Below are positions 24,940 through 38,354 of a DNA stretch of 64,000 bases, in pieces. The stretch's first letter is position 1, and each line of letters begins with the position of its first letter. Below the pieces are notes generated by a model. The model searched no databases. It saw only the letters and a list, made by a program, of their open reading frames with translations, and was not told the origin of the DNA. The stretch covers positions 87,048,001 to 87,112,000 of the forward strand of contig CM059437.1 in the NCBI GenBank assembly GCA_030390025.1, in the 5' to 3' direction. This DNA comes from Squalus acanthias. Its lineage: Eukaryota. Both the position numbers and the translations under genes were made by a program.

Positions 24940-25510
24940 GAACTCGCCAAGGCTTCTTCGGCAGCACCTCCCAAACCGGCGACCTCTACCACCCAGGAGG
25001 ACAAGGGCAGCAGGCGCATGGGAACACCATCAACTCCAAGTTACACACCATCCTGATTTGGAAATATATCACCGTTCCTTCATCGTCGCTGGGTCAAAAT
25101 CTTGGAACTCCCTCCCTAACAGCACCGTGGGAGTACATTCACCACACGGACTGCAGCGGTTCAAGGCGGCGGCTCACCACCACCTTCTCTCAGGAATTTC
25201 TTCTCTCAGAGGGTCGTGAATCTTTGGAATTTCTACCCCAGAGAGCTGTGGAGGTGGGTCATTGAATATATTCAAGGCGGAGATTGACAGACATTTGAAC
25301 TACAAGGGAGTCGAGGGGTATGGGGAGAGAGCGGGAAAGTGGTGTTGAGGCCAAGATTGGATCAGCCATGATCTTATTGAATGGCGGAGCAGGCTCGAGG
25401 GGCCGATTGGCCGACTCCTGCTCCTGTTTCTTATGTTCTCAAGGGCAATTAGGGATGGGCAATAAATGCTGGCCTTGTCAGCGACGCCCACATCCCAGGA
25501 ACGAAAAAAA
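24940..25510 (+). mobile_element. LINE family B 3' end with a CR1 3' end inserted at about 25190-25437
   Basis: caccaccttctc|tcaggaatttc...ttcttatgttctc|aagggcaattaggg. Confidence 0.85.
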
Positions 25511-25849
25511 GTAACCGGCGGCTGATCCGCAATCGCCAGCTTTCCGCCCACTCCCAAACTGATAATGAGCTCCATTAAGTTTAAATCTATGTTACAATAA
25601 TCTATCTCAAGTTGTGGGTACGAGCAGATCTTGGTATTCTGATTCATGATTTAACCACGGAGACAACAGCGCTAAAAACAACCCTTTCCAAAAATTTAGA
25701 CCCACAAAATTCAAACAGAGCAAACCAGTGACTGAGAAATAGGACAGAGTTGCTTGTCTTCAAAGGCTGCATGTAGCTCAGGGTTTAGACACCCTTGGCC
25801 TAACATGCTGTGCTTCTGACCATGGTACCGTCCGATATACCACTCTCCT

Positions 25850-26040
25850 GACTACAACACTCGGAGTTTACGTTCCTGATAGTGAGACGGCCCAATAAAC
25901 CATGACTTTCCAACGTGACTCGCTCTGATGGACTGTGGGACATAATTTCCAACCGATCGCCCATTTTGCCGAAGTCTGATATAACGTGCATCACCACTAT
26001 GCCTCCCGACCCGAGAGAACACATTAAACTCCCTCTGACG
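25850..26040 (-). mobile_element. Possible decayed Penelope GIY-YIG endonuclease fragment
   Basis: GDARYIRLRQNGRSVGNYVPQSIR resembles the PLE pattern CDARYIGRTSQRL.DRI.QHVP..IR (recalled; weak). Confidence 0.35.
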
Positions 26041-27029
26041 AGTCTCCACACATTCCTTTTATACAGCTCTCAAAGACACCCTTACGGAATGCCTGCCGAA
26101 TTCTTTTCTCTTTCTATTTGTCACATCACATGTATTCTAACACCTTTTGAAATCACTCAAATAGACATTCTTTTGTAAGATTACTCTCCTTTGAAGCTCA
26201 CTGCTGCAGACAATCTAGTTACACATTTTCAATAGGAAAAATCCCATTGAGCATGGCACAAAAAATCAATCTTTACTTAAAAATCCCAGGGGTTGAATAT
26301 TAAGTGAACATTTCAAATTTACTGTTAAAATGAAGGTCACATTCTGGAGATTAAAATTATACGTGTCTGAACTCTGTGAGTGCAGTATTTTAGTCTTTTG
26401 GAGAAATTAGATTTAGGGCAGTGCTGTACTTTGGGTGTCTCTTTCTCTTGCTTCTAATTTGTAGTACAGCAATTCTGCTAACCGGAACAGATAAGCCGAA
26501 GTTGTGACTATAAGTGACATTTCAACACTTTCACTTCAATGTGTTTATCTCAGCGTGAATGTACCACTCAACTGCATAACCAGCTTATGTGCTACACAGA
26601 CTTTAGTAATGTTAGATAGATAGCTCAGAACATGGAGGCGAGAGACATTGGTGTATAACTCAATGCAGCATTGTTTTATTTCTTTTCCCAGCTCTCTACG
26701 CACTATTAAAATCAATCCCGTTTGCATAAATTGAATGAGCCCACCCAGCTGAGGATTTCCATCTCCCCCACCCCACTCCACCTTTGATTAGCGCAAATCC
26801 CCAAAGGGTGGATGCAAGACCTTCCGCCTGCCACAGAGATGCTCCCTGACCTCAGTCGACATTGCAGCCTGTTAAAAAGAGGGTGGCAATCTAATGTTAC
26901 AAGCCTTGGGGGCCTGTCGGCAGCCTTTATGCCACCTGCAGAACTGGACTTTAAAATAAAGAATTGCTTCCCCTTCTTCAGGCCTGTGCTAGGAAATGCC
27001 CCATAAGCAAATGCACGGGCCCTTGGTTT

Positions 27030-27478
27030 TTTTAAAATTCGTTTATGGGATGTGGCCATCGCTGGCAAGGCCAGCATTTATTGCCCATCCCTAGTTGCCC
27101 TTGAGAAGGTGGTGGTGAGCCGCCTTCTTGAACCGCTGCAGTCCGTGAGGTGTAGGTACTCCCACAGTGCTGTTAGGTAGGGAGCTCCAGGATTTTGACC
27201 CAGCGACGATGAAGGATCTGCGATATACTTCCAAGTCAGGATGGTGTGTGCCTTGGAGGGGGACTTGGAGGTGGTGGTGTTCCCATGTGCCTGCTGCCCT
27301 TGTCCTTCTAGGTGGAAGAGGTCGCAGGTTTGGGAAGTGCTGCCGAAGAAGCCGTGGCGAGTTGCTACAGTGCATCTTGTAGATGGTACACACTGCAGCC
27401 ACGGTGCGCCGGTGGTGGAGATGGTGAATGTTTAAGGTGGTGGATGGGGTGCCAATCCAGCGGGCTGCTTTGTCCTGG
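27030..27478 (-). mobile_element. LINE family B 3' end
   Basis: QDKAARWIGTPSTTLNIHHLHHRRTVAAVCTIYKMHCSNSPRLLRQH, the same family as 48100-50397. Confidence 0.9.
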
Positions 27479-28544
27479 TTGCCAGAGAGGTCTTTCACCC
27501 TGTTTCTACCGGCCATTTAATGCTCGACACCTGGGTCGAACAAGCAGCTCTTGCATCATAGTAACTGGAGTAGGCCATTCATCCCCTCGAGCACTGAGCA
27601 CGTGAACAGCGCAAATGGTGGGGCAACACTCCAGAAGCCATATTCCTCTCACTTACCTGCTTTTTGTACTCTTATGCTGACAGGACCACTCCTCCAGGAA
27701 ATGGGGGAGAGGCACCATGAAGCCCGGAGACAATTCTGTCCCCGTCTGGCACAGGCCGCGAAAAGAAAATTGGTGACACAGAGCTTAGCCCCAGGAGGAT
27801 ACAATGCCCAGCCATGCAATCTGGGACAGGGCAGAAACTGCAGATCCTGAGCATGTGATTTCCCCATGAAACATGGGAAATTGGGGAGAGAGAGGGGAGA
27901 CCCTGCAATTTGTGAATGCACAGACAGGTGGCGAAGAGGGTGATTATGTGACCACCTTCCCAGTGTGGGTGGACTGGAGAATGAGGACAAAAGTCATTTC
28001 TATGCAAGACAAAAGCAACTCGGAAGGGTCTTGTTGCAGATGTAGGGGTTGTCGGTGTATTGGTATGAGCTGATGCTGGTTAAAATGCTGCAGGTTTCTG
28101 TGTCTTGAGTCTCCACTTAGCGAATTCCCAACCGTGCCATTGGGGACCACTCAAGTGAACTGGAAGTCAGCCTGCTCCCAGCCAAAGTCTACCCTGTCCA
28201 ATATCAAAGAGATGCAGCCAGGCCTCCACAGGATTACAGTAGGAGCAGTACTATAGAGTTGAAGTACTTAAGTCAAACCTCCGTGCTTACACCGGGAGCA
28301 AAAAAAAGCTGCTTCAGCAGCACCTTAATATTTTGTATAAAACCCAAAACATTTGAAACACTCTATTCTCTCTGTAACTCTCTGCCAAACACTCTCATCA
28401 CCCAGAACGCTGTCTCTTCCACACAAAAGTTTAATCAGAATTAACCGTCACTCGTGTTGATGGAGCATGCTTTCGCCTATAGGAATGTCTCCAGTACAGT
28501 TCCCCAAGTCTTTTTGTGCTCCCAACAATGATCAGGATCAATTT

Positions 28545-28766
28545 CTGCCCCTACACTTGCTTAAAAAATCTGTAGAGAGAGATACAGAGTTAACGTTTCA
28601 GGTTGATGGCCCTTCGTCAGAACTGGAAATAATTGGACGAAGGGTCATCGACCTGAAACGTTAACTCTGTTTCTCTCTCTCCACAGACGCTGCCTGACCT
28701 GCTGAGTATTTCCAGCATTTTCTGTTTTTATTTCAGATTTCCAGCATCCGCAGTACTTTGCTTTTG
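28545..28766. mobile_element. Penelope-like element with inverted termini and two opposed hammerhead motifs
   Basis: 28569-28619 is the near reverse complement of 28636-28687; the minus core CTGACGA...GAAACGTT is intact, the plus core reads TGGACGA. Confidence 0.8.
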
Positions 28767-31062
28767 TAATACAGAGGCTAGGCATTTGCCAAGAGAAGAG
28801 AAAATAAATCAGACATCAAGTCAGCCTATCATAACTTTGAGTGCTCTGCTGAAACGCAGTGTTGACAGAGAGTCAGGAAGGTGTGGGGTATCGCTTCTCT
28901 CCTCGGCTCAACATACAACACAGCCAGGTTATAGGAGAGGACAGACACATAGACAATCCATAGCATATTGGAGTCACCAGTGTATGCTCACAAGTCCCAA
29001 AGACACCACACTGAAACTGGGACAGGCCACATTTCTGTTTTTTAAAATCAGAATTTGAAATTATCTGTCGACTTTGTGAGCACTTTATACCAATAATTTG
29101 ACCCTTTAAAAAAAACGTACACCATTAAGTGTCCTGCTTGCAAGCAATGTATTGACATTCCTCCAAAACAGTTGCTGTCATTGCTGCTGACAAAGCAACT
29201 TGCTCAGGAACACTGGAGATGGCAGCTGGCAAAGCAAACCTGCCCGCTTTCAAATGCTCACATTGACATGCTGACACAAAAGTGCCAGGGTGTCATCTGT
29301 TGAACTTTGCAATGCCAGCAGTTATTCACCCTTTGCTTTTACAGCTTTCTTGAACAGGATGCCTGCCTAAATAGTCAACAGAATTCTTCTTTCGCCCCCA
29401 TCACAACCTTACTTCTCTCTCTCTCTCATTAACATTACTGGGATCATTGCTACTCAACTCTCCTCTCTTGCTTCTGCTAAACTCTTAATAATTTATCCCA
29501 CATGCTCACCCTCCATCTTGCATTCTCACTGGTCCAGTCCCACCGGCACCAGCCATCCTCTAGTGACTCACCTGAGTCGTCAATATTCAGCTGCGAGATT
29601 GAACAGCAAGTGCTGGCAGGCTGTTCAATCTTGGGAGGCCGGAGCAAGGGACATTACATCCAAGCCCAATCCTGCCTTTGTGTTTGCGCACGTGCACATT
29701 CCAGTGCTGTCAACCATTTATGTTTGTTGGCCCCAATGCTCGAGAAACACATCTTCCGAGCTGGGTCTCTGTGCCACTAGAACTACTAATGCCACCTCTG
29801 GAGGCCTCCTTGTAGAATAACTGCAGCAGTAACGACTTCTACTGCACTCCAGTGCATGTTTTATTCGATATGTAACATATATGTTGCCTTTTGTTATTCC
29901 TACGCTATAATTTTTAGTGGGGGGGGGGGGCGGAGAGAGGGGATAACCTTCCTTTTTTCCACAGAGCAGGAAGATCCCAGGTTCCATCCTTTGTTGCACC
30001 TGGGGTGTTACAATTAGATTCATTCCCCTTGAGCTAGGGAGGTGAAAATAAAATCAGCCTTGGTTACTGTTCATGATTACTATCCTGTGGCACCTGCTGG
30101 AAACGAACTTGTATAGTTGGCAGATGAGGACAAGATTGGGTTGGGCTGTGATGTTCCTTCCCCGCCCCCAAAATTATTGAGTAGCCTCTCGCCACCTATT
30201 GCTGAGGCTCATGTGTCGAGTGGACAAGATACTGAAGAGCAGCTGGAACAGTTAAGAAACAACTAGATGGGAATACAACAGGGCTGGTATTCCAGACCAA
30301 TGAGATCAAATGGGCTGAAGGACAACTTCATTTGAGCCCATCTTGTGAAGTGACCATTAGCACCTTCAGGAGAGGAGAGATTAGAAGGGGAAAAAATATC
30401 TATTTTCTCTCATTTAAGTTGCAAAGTAAATTCAAAAATGCAGAAAGTTAACCGCCATGTACTGCATTTCCAGCAGATATAGCACTCCTGTAATTGACTC
30501 CAATAAATGTCAAAGTAACAAGCAGACTGAGCAACATTATATGCACCCAGCTGTGTAATGATGCAAAAAGTGCATCTGATTGGAGTTAATTACATGTTGT
30601 CACGTATGCTGTAGTATCTAATAATTATTTCTTTTACCACAATAAATTGAAAGATTCGCTGTAAAAGGTCGAATTGAGGCCAGTAGAAAATCATTACTTT
30701 CTGATAATTTTCTGACATAAAAAAACTGTTTGATGAGGGATGGTATTTTATTTTGATGAGGGCCTTGGTATCACAAAGTCTAATCAACGTAAAGCTGCTT
30801 CTTCATGTATAATAAAATGTCAGGAAATGGAGCAGTTGAATAAACTGGACAAGAGCCAGACTTTCAATCTGTCTCTCTCTGTCCTTGTTCTTTTTCTCCT
30901 TGTCTGTCTCTCCCATTCTCTTATTCATCCTATCCACCCCTTTTTCTTGCTCTACCCAGGATTCTCCCTCGTTCATCCAGATACAGAAAAGGTCATTATA
31001 GGAACATGGGAACCGGAGTAGGCCATTCAGCCTCTCGAGCCTGTTCCGCCATTCAATGAGAG

Positions 31063-31545
31063 CAGTGGTTCTCAAACTTTTTTGGTTGAAGGACCCCCTT
31101 TTCAAATGGATTAGTAATCACGGACTCCCCATCTAAATTATAATACTATATAATACTCATAATATGAAAGTGCTGCATGTAAAGAGTGTTTTAATAATGC
31201 TTTTAAGAAAACAGGTATTTACTTACAGATATCAGTGAGATGGGGGTGCCTGCTTCTCACTGCAGTCTGTCTATCCCGAGTGTGAAAATGACAGCTCCTT
31301 GCTCTCTGTTAAATCCACTGTATTAAATTTGTTTCCTTATTACACCATTTTTTGGAAGTAATCCCAGTTGGCCAATCAGTTTACTGAATTACTCTTTATG
31401 GTACAATGCAACATCCTTGAGTCAAGAGTAAGCAAATGAGGGGCGGCCGGGAGGCGGGAGCGGAGTGCGTCCGCCACATGTCCCGTAAGGCCGGCCCTGC
31501 TCGGTACTCACATTATTTCGCAGACCCCCAGTTTGAAAACCACTG
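31063..31545. mobile_element. hAT (Charlie/Buster-type) deletion derivative inserted in a CR1 tail
   Basis: TIR cagtggttctcaaact / agtttgaaaaccactg; degenerate 8-bp TSD aatgagag/aattagat; minus-strand CSEKQAPPSH* at 31232-31264 resembles the Buster-type C-terminus KQAHPSH*. Confidence 0.8.
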
Positions 31546-32503
31546 AATTAGATCGATCATGGTTGATCTGTATCTTAACTCCATCTGCCTGCCTTGGTTC
31601 CGTAACCCTTAATACCCTTGCCTAGCAAAAATCTATCAATCTCAGTTTCGAAATCCCCCAGCCTCAACAGCTTTTCGGGGGAGAGTGTTCCAGATTTCCA
31701 CGACTCTTTGTGTGAAGAAGTGCTTCCTGACATCATTAGGATTAAAAAGCTAAAGCCTTTTCAATAGATGCAGCCTCCCTCCACAAATCTCTTCTCATCG
31801 TATCCCTCAATCATACGTTTCTCCAGAGACAGATCTAATTGGTTCAATCTCATGTACATTGTCTGCTTTGACTGCTTTCTCTGTCCATTTCTTTCTTTAC
31901 TTGAAACATTCCACCTGATTTCCCTCCTTAATTTTGAATTTGTTTTTTAGGCCACAGTAATTGGGGACTGAGGCAAATGGTAAGACAGCGAATGAGTGGG
32001 GTTGAGAACTTGAGATCCATCAGAGAGAAGCAGGCTTGGATCTGATAGCCTTGAATGGGAATAATCAGTGAATGCTTTACCGGTGCAAACTTAAAACACT
32101 GGAGAGGTAGATTATAAACTGGACTGTGGTTAGATACACATTTAAAGACACAATCACATGCAACATACCTTTCCCATCAGATATTAGATACACTGTAAAA
32201 CCCTTGAGGTTCCTGGCACTTGAAGAATCCTGACCTATTGGTTGTATTTTAATTTCCTTGAATGTTATAAAGTACATTATTAATGGCTTGCATTCATTTT
32301 CATTGCACTGTAATTTTCATGGGCTTGTAAACCATGAAATCAGTGAAATTAAAATCCGCATGAAAATAATAGTTTTATAGTACTCATATATAATGCTGGA
32401 ATAGGTCCTTTGAAGTGAATCTGTTGCTCCCCCCTTAACTGTATTCCAGGAAAGGTTCCATATTTGCTTTTTAAGACGTGCATTCTGAAGAAAAGAAGCT
32501 CTT

Positions 32504-32522
32504 TACTACCCCCTAGTGGCCA
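32504..32522 (-). promoter_or_regulatory. CTCF-like motif
   Basis: Minus strand TGGCCACTAGGGGGTAGTA. Confidence 0.55.
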
Positions 32523-34279
32523 CCCACAATTTTTATTATAATTTTTCAGCCCACATCTTCAATATAATCAGAGTTAGAGAAAATCTTTCAGACCAGGAAG
32601 GTCCCAACTTCAATTGCTGGTGTGTGCGGGGTCAGTTGATATCAGCTGTGGCGGCAGTTTGATTACCTCAGTGTCTCTGGTCCAGAGAGGAAGAAATTAA
32701 AATATCACTCGGGCTTTCTGCTCCTGATCACTATCCAATGACTCCCTGCTGGAAAGTGGACATCGAGTGAGACACAGGCTGCAGCTCGGCTGTGATGTCC
32801 TCTATGGTCATTGCGGTCAGCCCATATTCACGGTTCTAGGCTCATGCATGAAGAATGGCTACACGGATGAAAATAATAGTGGTCTCTACCCCAGCAAGGA
32901 GTCAACGCTTTCAGGAGAGGAGTAAAAAAAAGAGGCTTGCAGAGAAAATTGGTGAGAGGGGAAAAAAAACACTTTGACATGTCTGATGTTAAAACGCCAT
33001 GATTGAGACAACATAACTTTACTCTTTGGGGATATATGTTAGCGGGCTTCTACATTCTATAAAATACAGATGATTGTAATGTGTCAGGTGGCACTCGACA
33101 TGTACATCGCAGAACAGTAAAGAAGTTGAATAAAATTTGTATTAAACTTCAAGAAAACATGTTGCTCAATGCCAAAGTGGTGCCATTTTCAGAAATACCA
33201 AAATGAGTACTGGGTACATGGAATAGACACCCAGTTAGTTACACCTTTAAAATAAGTTGGTTAAATATCTTGCAAGGAACCAAATTGAGGGTTATCAGGA
33301 TAAGTATGGACAGGGGCGATTGAATGTTGTGTGCAACGTGGTCATCACAGAAGTGGGGGGGGGGGGGGATCATCGCGGTAATATCAAATCACTTAAGAAT
33401 GTGGCTTGTCAGCTGCATTGTTGGACAGGCATTCTAGAGTTTTGCTTGATCAACCTTTGTGGGGAGAAACAGGAAGAAGTGTGACAGAAACTTTCCTCAG
33501 GAGATTAAATGGGTAAATAGTAATTAACTTTAAAATAGTCATTTCAAGTTGCATGCAGCAAGTGATTTGGTACAAATGCATCATCTCAATTAAACAGTTG
33601 TATGTGTTTTGTCAAATGCTCAGAATGTCCCCAAGGCATCTCCAATACTTTTCTGCGGATACATGCTCGCCAACTGCAACTGAAAGCTGCAATTATTAAA
33701 ACCTTCTTTAGGGAAAATTGCATCAGAGGAAAAACGCTGTGCCTGCTCAAACATTAGAGCTACCTGCTTGAATCCCATCTCCCTTTCACACAATCCCAGA
33801 ACTGTAATAATTGATTTTAATACTTTATTTCAAACGTAGCATTGGGCAGGTCAATCCAGTCAAATACCCCTCGTTACAGGACCATTTGTGCTTTAGTGTC
33901 CATAACAATTATACTGCATCATTTACCCCAAATGAATAATTATTACTATATGTACCAAAAGCAAATTTGTTTTAACTACTAGTGGATCTCCTGTGGCATT
34001 GCTCCTGGGTAGTGTATGGTCTGGAACACGATTGTGGTGTTCAGCTGCTAACCTGGCCTATACCTTTAACACCATTGCTCAAGTGCTCCCTATAGAGAAG
34101 TAGCTTAAATAGGCAAATCCGTGTAATTGCAGCTGCTTGTGAATCCCTGAGGGCAATCAGAGCACAATTGTAATTGCTTGCAAATTTCTGGCTCCAGGTT
34201 GAAGGATCCATCAAACGACTGTCACATTTTTGTTTTAAGATTGCTTTAGTGTGATAAATGTGTGCTGGATGCAAGACAC

Positions 34280-34690
34280 CCACGCCTCGGAGTCAGAAAG
34301 TTGTGGGTTCAAGTCCCACTCCAGGGACTTGAGCACAAAAATCTAGGCATTACCGAGGGAGCGATGCACTGTCGGCTGTGCCGTCTTTCGGATGAGATGC
34401 TAAACCGAGGCCCCGTCTGCTCTCTCAGGTGCACATAAAAGCACTATTTCGAAGAAGAGCAGGGGAGGTAGCCCTGGTGTCCCGGCCAAGATTTATCCCT
34501 CAATCAAGATCACTGAAACAGATTACCTGCTCATTATCACATTGCTGGGAAGCTTGCTGTGCGCAAATTGGCTGCTGCGTTTCCTACATGGCAACAGTGA
34601 CTCCACTTCAAAAAGGGCTTGATTGGCTGTGAAGCGCTTTGGGACGTCCAATAGCCATGAAAGGCGCAATATAAATGCAAGTCTTTTTTT
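34280..34690 (+). mobile_element. tRNA-derived SINE
   Basis: B box gggttcaagtccc; body and tail as in 2060-2445. Confidence 0.85.
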
Positions 34691-36166
34691 TATTACATGC
34701 AACAGTGAAGCTAGGATAAACCCGAAGCTCATCTGTCCACATAGCTGGATTGATGTCTGTGATTTTTTATCTGAAATAAAAAGGAGTCATCATCAAAACT
34801 CTTGGCTGTAAAATACCTTCTATTACTCAATGGGGCAATGTTTCCAAAGCCCACAGCTGCAAATGTTTAGCCAGCCAATTATGGTAAGGATTTTGTATCA
34901 CATGTCACTAATATCAAGGTTAAAGAGAGGAGGCTGTACTTTGGTAAATGCACATCCAGCATGTCACTAAGCTCCCAGCTTTAATTCCTGATTTGCACTG
35001 AGCTAGCTAATCACAGCTTGGGCAGCAGTGGTTTTCAAAATCCCCTGCAAATACTGATACAGTCCTGTAGGCCCCATTGCCTTAAAAGGCATGGTTAGCA
35101 GCCTAGAGATAGACAGCACTCTGTGTAGAAATCACCTTTTTAAATAGTATGGACAACAGAAATACTGTGCTTGGGATTTCAATCAATCAAAATTATAAGG
35201 GCACTAACAGAAATCCAGATTTTATGTAGTGACTTCATTAATCTGTTAGGAATCCCAATTTGAAAGCCACTGCAATTAAAACACCATACCTGGCCTCAGT
35301 ACTTTTAGGGTGCAATGGGGAGGAAATAGAGGCAGGCTTGGCTCCGATTTCCCCCTTCTCCACTGATGGTCAAACTACCTGCCCGCGCTCACTGTCTAAG
35401 CTCATGTATGAATGGCCATGTGGGCACTGAGCGTGGAACAGTACACCAGCCTGAAGCAGCACCTTCTGAAGATAAGGGAGAAAAGCGGTCGGGTGGGGTT
35501 GGGGGTGGGGGAAAGAGGGAGAAGCTGCTGTGGCTCACTGGTGCTACATCAGAAAATGCACTGCTTCAGACTGTCGCAATCCCTCGTCCCCAATCCCTTC
35601 CTCCCCCAAAAATTAAACAGCCAAGATCACCAACAGAGGGAAGTGGATTGCAAGATCGAAAGGAAGGGCTTTCTGCATTTTACAGATGGTCACCTACTCC
35701 AAGATTCTCACCGATACCCTTGTCCCAAAGCCAATGAAAGCGTGTGTGAAAGGTACCCTGACCCTTGCACTCCAGCAGTGTGCGGGGTGTGGTGGGGGAG
35801 GAATGGGTTACAATAAAGCAGTTAGACTGTCCTTGGGACAAAAAAAGGGGATCAATAAAATGAGTAAACAATGCATCAAACAGTAAAACACCACATCGGA
35901 CCCAGGTACATTTAATCAACCTTTTTCCAGTAAACTCTCACTACAACGCTCCAGAATATGACCATCTTCAACACAACGTGCATTGTTTATAACACAGAAA
36001 GCACACAAAAAACACTTTAATAACCAGTTTTTGTTTGAATTAAAAAAAACAGCCATTATAGAGCGCATCTGGTGTGCCATCCCCTTCCACTGCAGCATTT
36101 CCCAGCCAAGTACAGCACTTTGAATAATCTCCTCCATCTGGATTGATGAATGCTTTCTCTGAGGCA

Positions 36167-36172
36167 TTTATT
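36167..36172 (-). promoter_or_regulatory. Candidate MVK polyadenylation signal (AATAAA)
   Basis: tttatt on the plus strand, about 275 nt downstream of the MVK stop; motif only. Confidence 0.45.
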
Positions 36173-36445
36173 TATCAGCACCACGCTTCAACCAGGCACT
36201 CGCTATACTGGAAATAAGCAGTCCTTTGCAATGAAAAAAAAATCCAGAAATGTTACATGTACAGAGGGAAGTGGCAAGAGAAAAGTTTCTACTGGGCTGA
36301 ATGCTCCTTGGGTGCGGGGGGGGGGATGGGGAGGTGAAGAGGTGTAGAACGAGTGATCAAATCCCAGGGACACTGACAGAATCTGTCGACTACGCAAGAG
36401 TATGAACAAATGATTAGCATAACAGCAATAAGTTTCCAAAGCTCT

Positions 36446-36609
36446 TCACTGGCAATTCCTTACATCACATAAAAGCTGAAATATGTCTTTCTGCAAGGAG
36501 GATGGTGAATGCAGGGACACACCGGATCCACCAATATCTGTTTCCCAGCAGTCGTACCCAAAGTCTTTTAAAGCCCGTTTAGATGCCTCGACCACAGAAG
36601 GACTTGTAT
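36446..36609 (-). CDS. MVK: Mevalonate kinase, last coding exon (exon 11 orthologue) to TGA
   Basis: ttgtgtttcag|ATACAAG...CAGTGA; (D)TSPSVVEASKRALKDFGYDCWETDIGGSGVSLHSPSSLQKDIFQLLCDVRNCQ*, cf. human [28 protein letters not shown]. Confidence 0.95.
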
Positions 36610-38335
36610 CTGAAACACAAAATTAACAGAAGGTAACTGAAGTAGTACTGCAATAGAACAGAGAGTCCATTTTATAATGTAATTCATGCAGGAAGTTTTC
36701 AGCTACATTAACGATAACCCAAATAGCTACAGTACACGCCAAGCAAATGTAGAAGTAGTTGGGGGGGGAGAAAGGTACAAGTACCCATGTAAACTAAACA
36801 CATTGAGGTAGAGTTTCCACTCGGTTGCGCTTTTTTTTCCCCCAAACGCAATTCGCCTGAAATCAGCCAAACCAGCGCAAAAGATAAGAGTAATTTCAAG
36901 CGCAAGTTACATCCAGCGCAAATTCAAGTTTCCTGATCTTTTGTGCTGGTTAAAAAAAAACCATTGCACCGGAAGCCGGCCCCGTCCACAAAACTGGCCA
37001 CGCCTGCAGATCGAATTAATCACCATGCCAGGTTTCCGCTAATTACGCCCGTTTACGGGCCTTCGAAGGAGGCTCTTAAAATTAAGCCCATCTTTTGTAA
37101 AGGCGCGAGGGCACGAATAGGCACCTTTTAAAAATATTTAATTTAAGAAACTGACTACTGTACATCAATGAAACTAGTAAATGGTTCAGTAAATGGTTCT
37201 GTATAATTTTTTTAAAGTAATTTTCAGTTATTTCAAATCGGCTTACTCACAGGTGGGGTGACACTTGTTACCACTCTTAAATAGATCAAGGAATATTTTT
37301 TAATACAGAAAAAACACAATTACGTTCTAAAACACTACCTGATTGTGCTGGTTCATGGAAGATTTTACGTTAGGTGAAATGCAAATGAGTTTGAGCAGAA
37401 ACCTGAACCATAACTTCACTTTGGAAAATTAGCGCAATTTGCACCCGGATTGCCGATTGCGGCCAAAGCAGAAACATATATATATATTATATGTAACAGA
37501 GAGACTGACAGCAGTCTATGAAATTACAGAATTTTGACTGACAGAACACTATACATCTAAACTTGACTGAGGTTTAACGAGATGCTCTCATATACTGGGG
37601 AGAGGGTTCAGTTAACCATCCCCTTACTGTGTCAGTAGCAATGGAGAATTCTTGGATATTGTGACTGCAGAGACAGGGATTATGTGGAAGCACAAAAAAA
37701 CCAAGGTAAGTGGCTCAAACAGTAGCAGAAATTGTGACAACCAAGGATAGTGAATCAACATTCTCCAGTACAAGTGCCAGTGTTGTTACATAACTGAATG
37801 GCTAAGGAGTGAAGAAGGCAGGTATAAATTTAATCCTGGGGTTGTGAGAACATCAGGTCATAGACATTGCTGAACCCAAAAGAACCATCATCTGGTCTTC
37901 ACTTTTTTTTAAAAATACTGAGAATTTTTGCTGTATTTGTGTGATTTCAGTGGAGTTTAGTAAACTGTGTAGGTTTCTCAAATAGCTACAGCTAAAAGGT
38001 ACTTAAAACATAATAAATGCTGATTTAATGTCAGGAGAATATCCTGGAGAGAAGTAACTAAGCCGTGAAAGTATGAGAACTGAAGATAGCTGAAGTTTCT
38101 TGGGTCTATGTCGATATCTCAATTGATGGTAATTAAGCTTTTCTCTTTCCTGTGGAAACTGCTCCATTTTTATGGGTCTTTCACTTATGCTAAAGAACAT
38201 GGGTAAGAATGACCAACACTGGGACTGGTGCAGTCTGCTCCATAACAAAATTAAGCCAGCTTACCATGCAGCAGTTTCACCTGTGCAAAGCAGCCTGAGG
38301 AATCGGTCAGGCCAGTCTTGCAATTAGATGCATTA

Positions 38336-38354
38336 CACTGACATCTGGTGGCCA
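38336..38354 (-). promoter_or_regulatory. CTCF motif with upstream TGCAG module, in the last MVK intron
   Basis: Minus strand CTGCAGTGTT GGAGTT TGGCCACCAGATGTCAGTG. Confidence 0.6.

Noticed and set aside
27649-28150. Host-gene exon suggested by several overlapping ORFs
   Set aside because: No coherent homology; the fragments (SSYQYTDN, NFPCFMG) look more like a very decayed RTE RT, too weak to call.
29789-29806. CTCF motif
   Set aside because: An extra base disrupts the core spacing.
1-36000. FAM222A or another second host gene
   Set aside because: No recognisable coding exon found by eye; non-coding exons cannot be excluded.
36446-36460. CaaX prenylation signal on MVK (RNCQ*)
   Set aside because: Cys is at -2, not -4.
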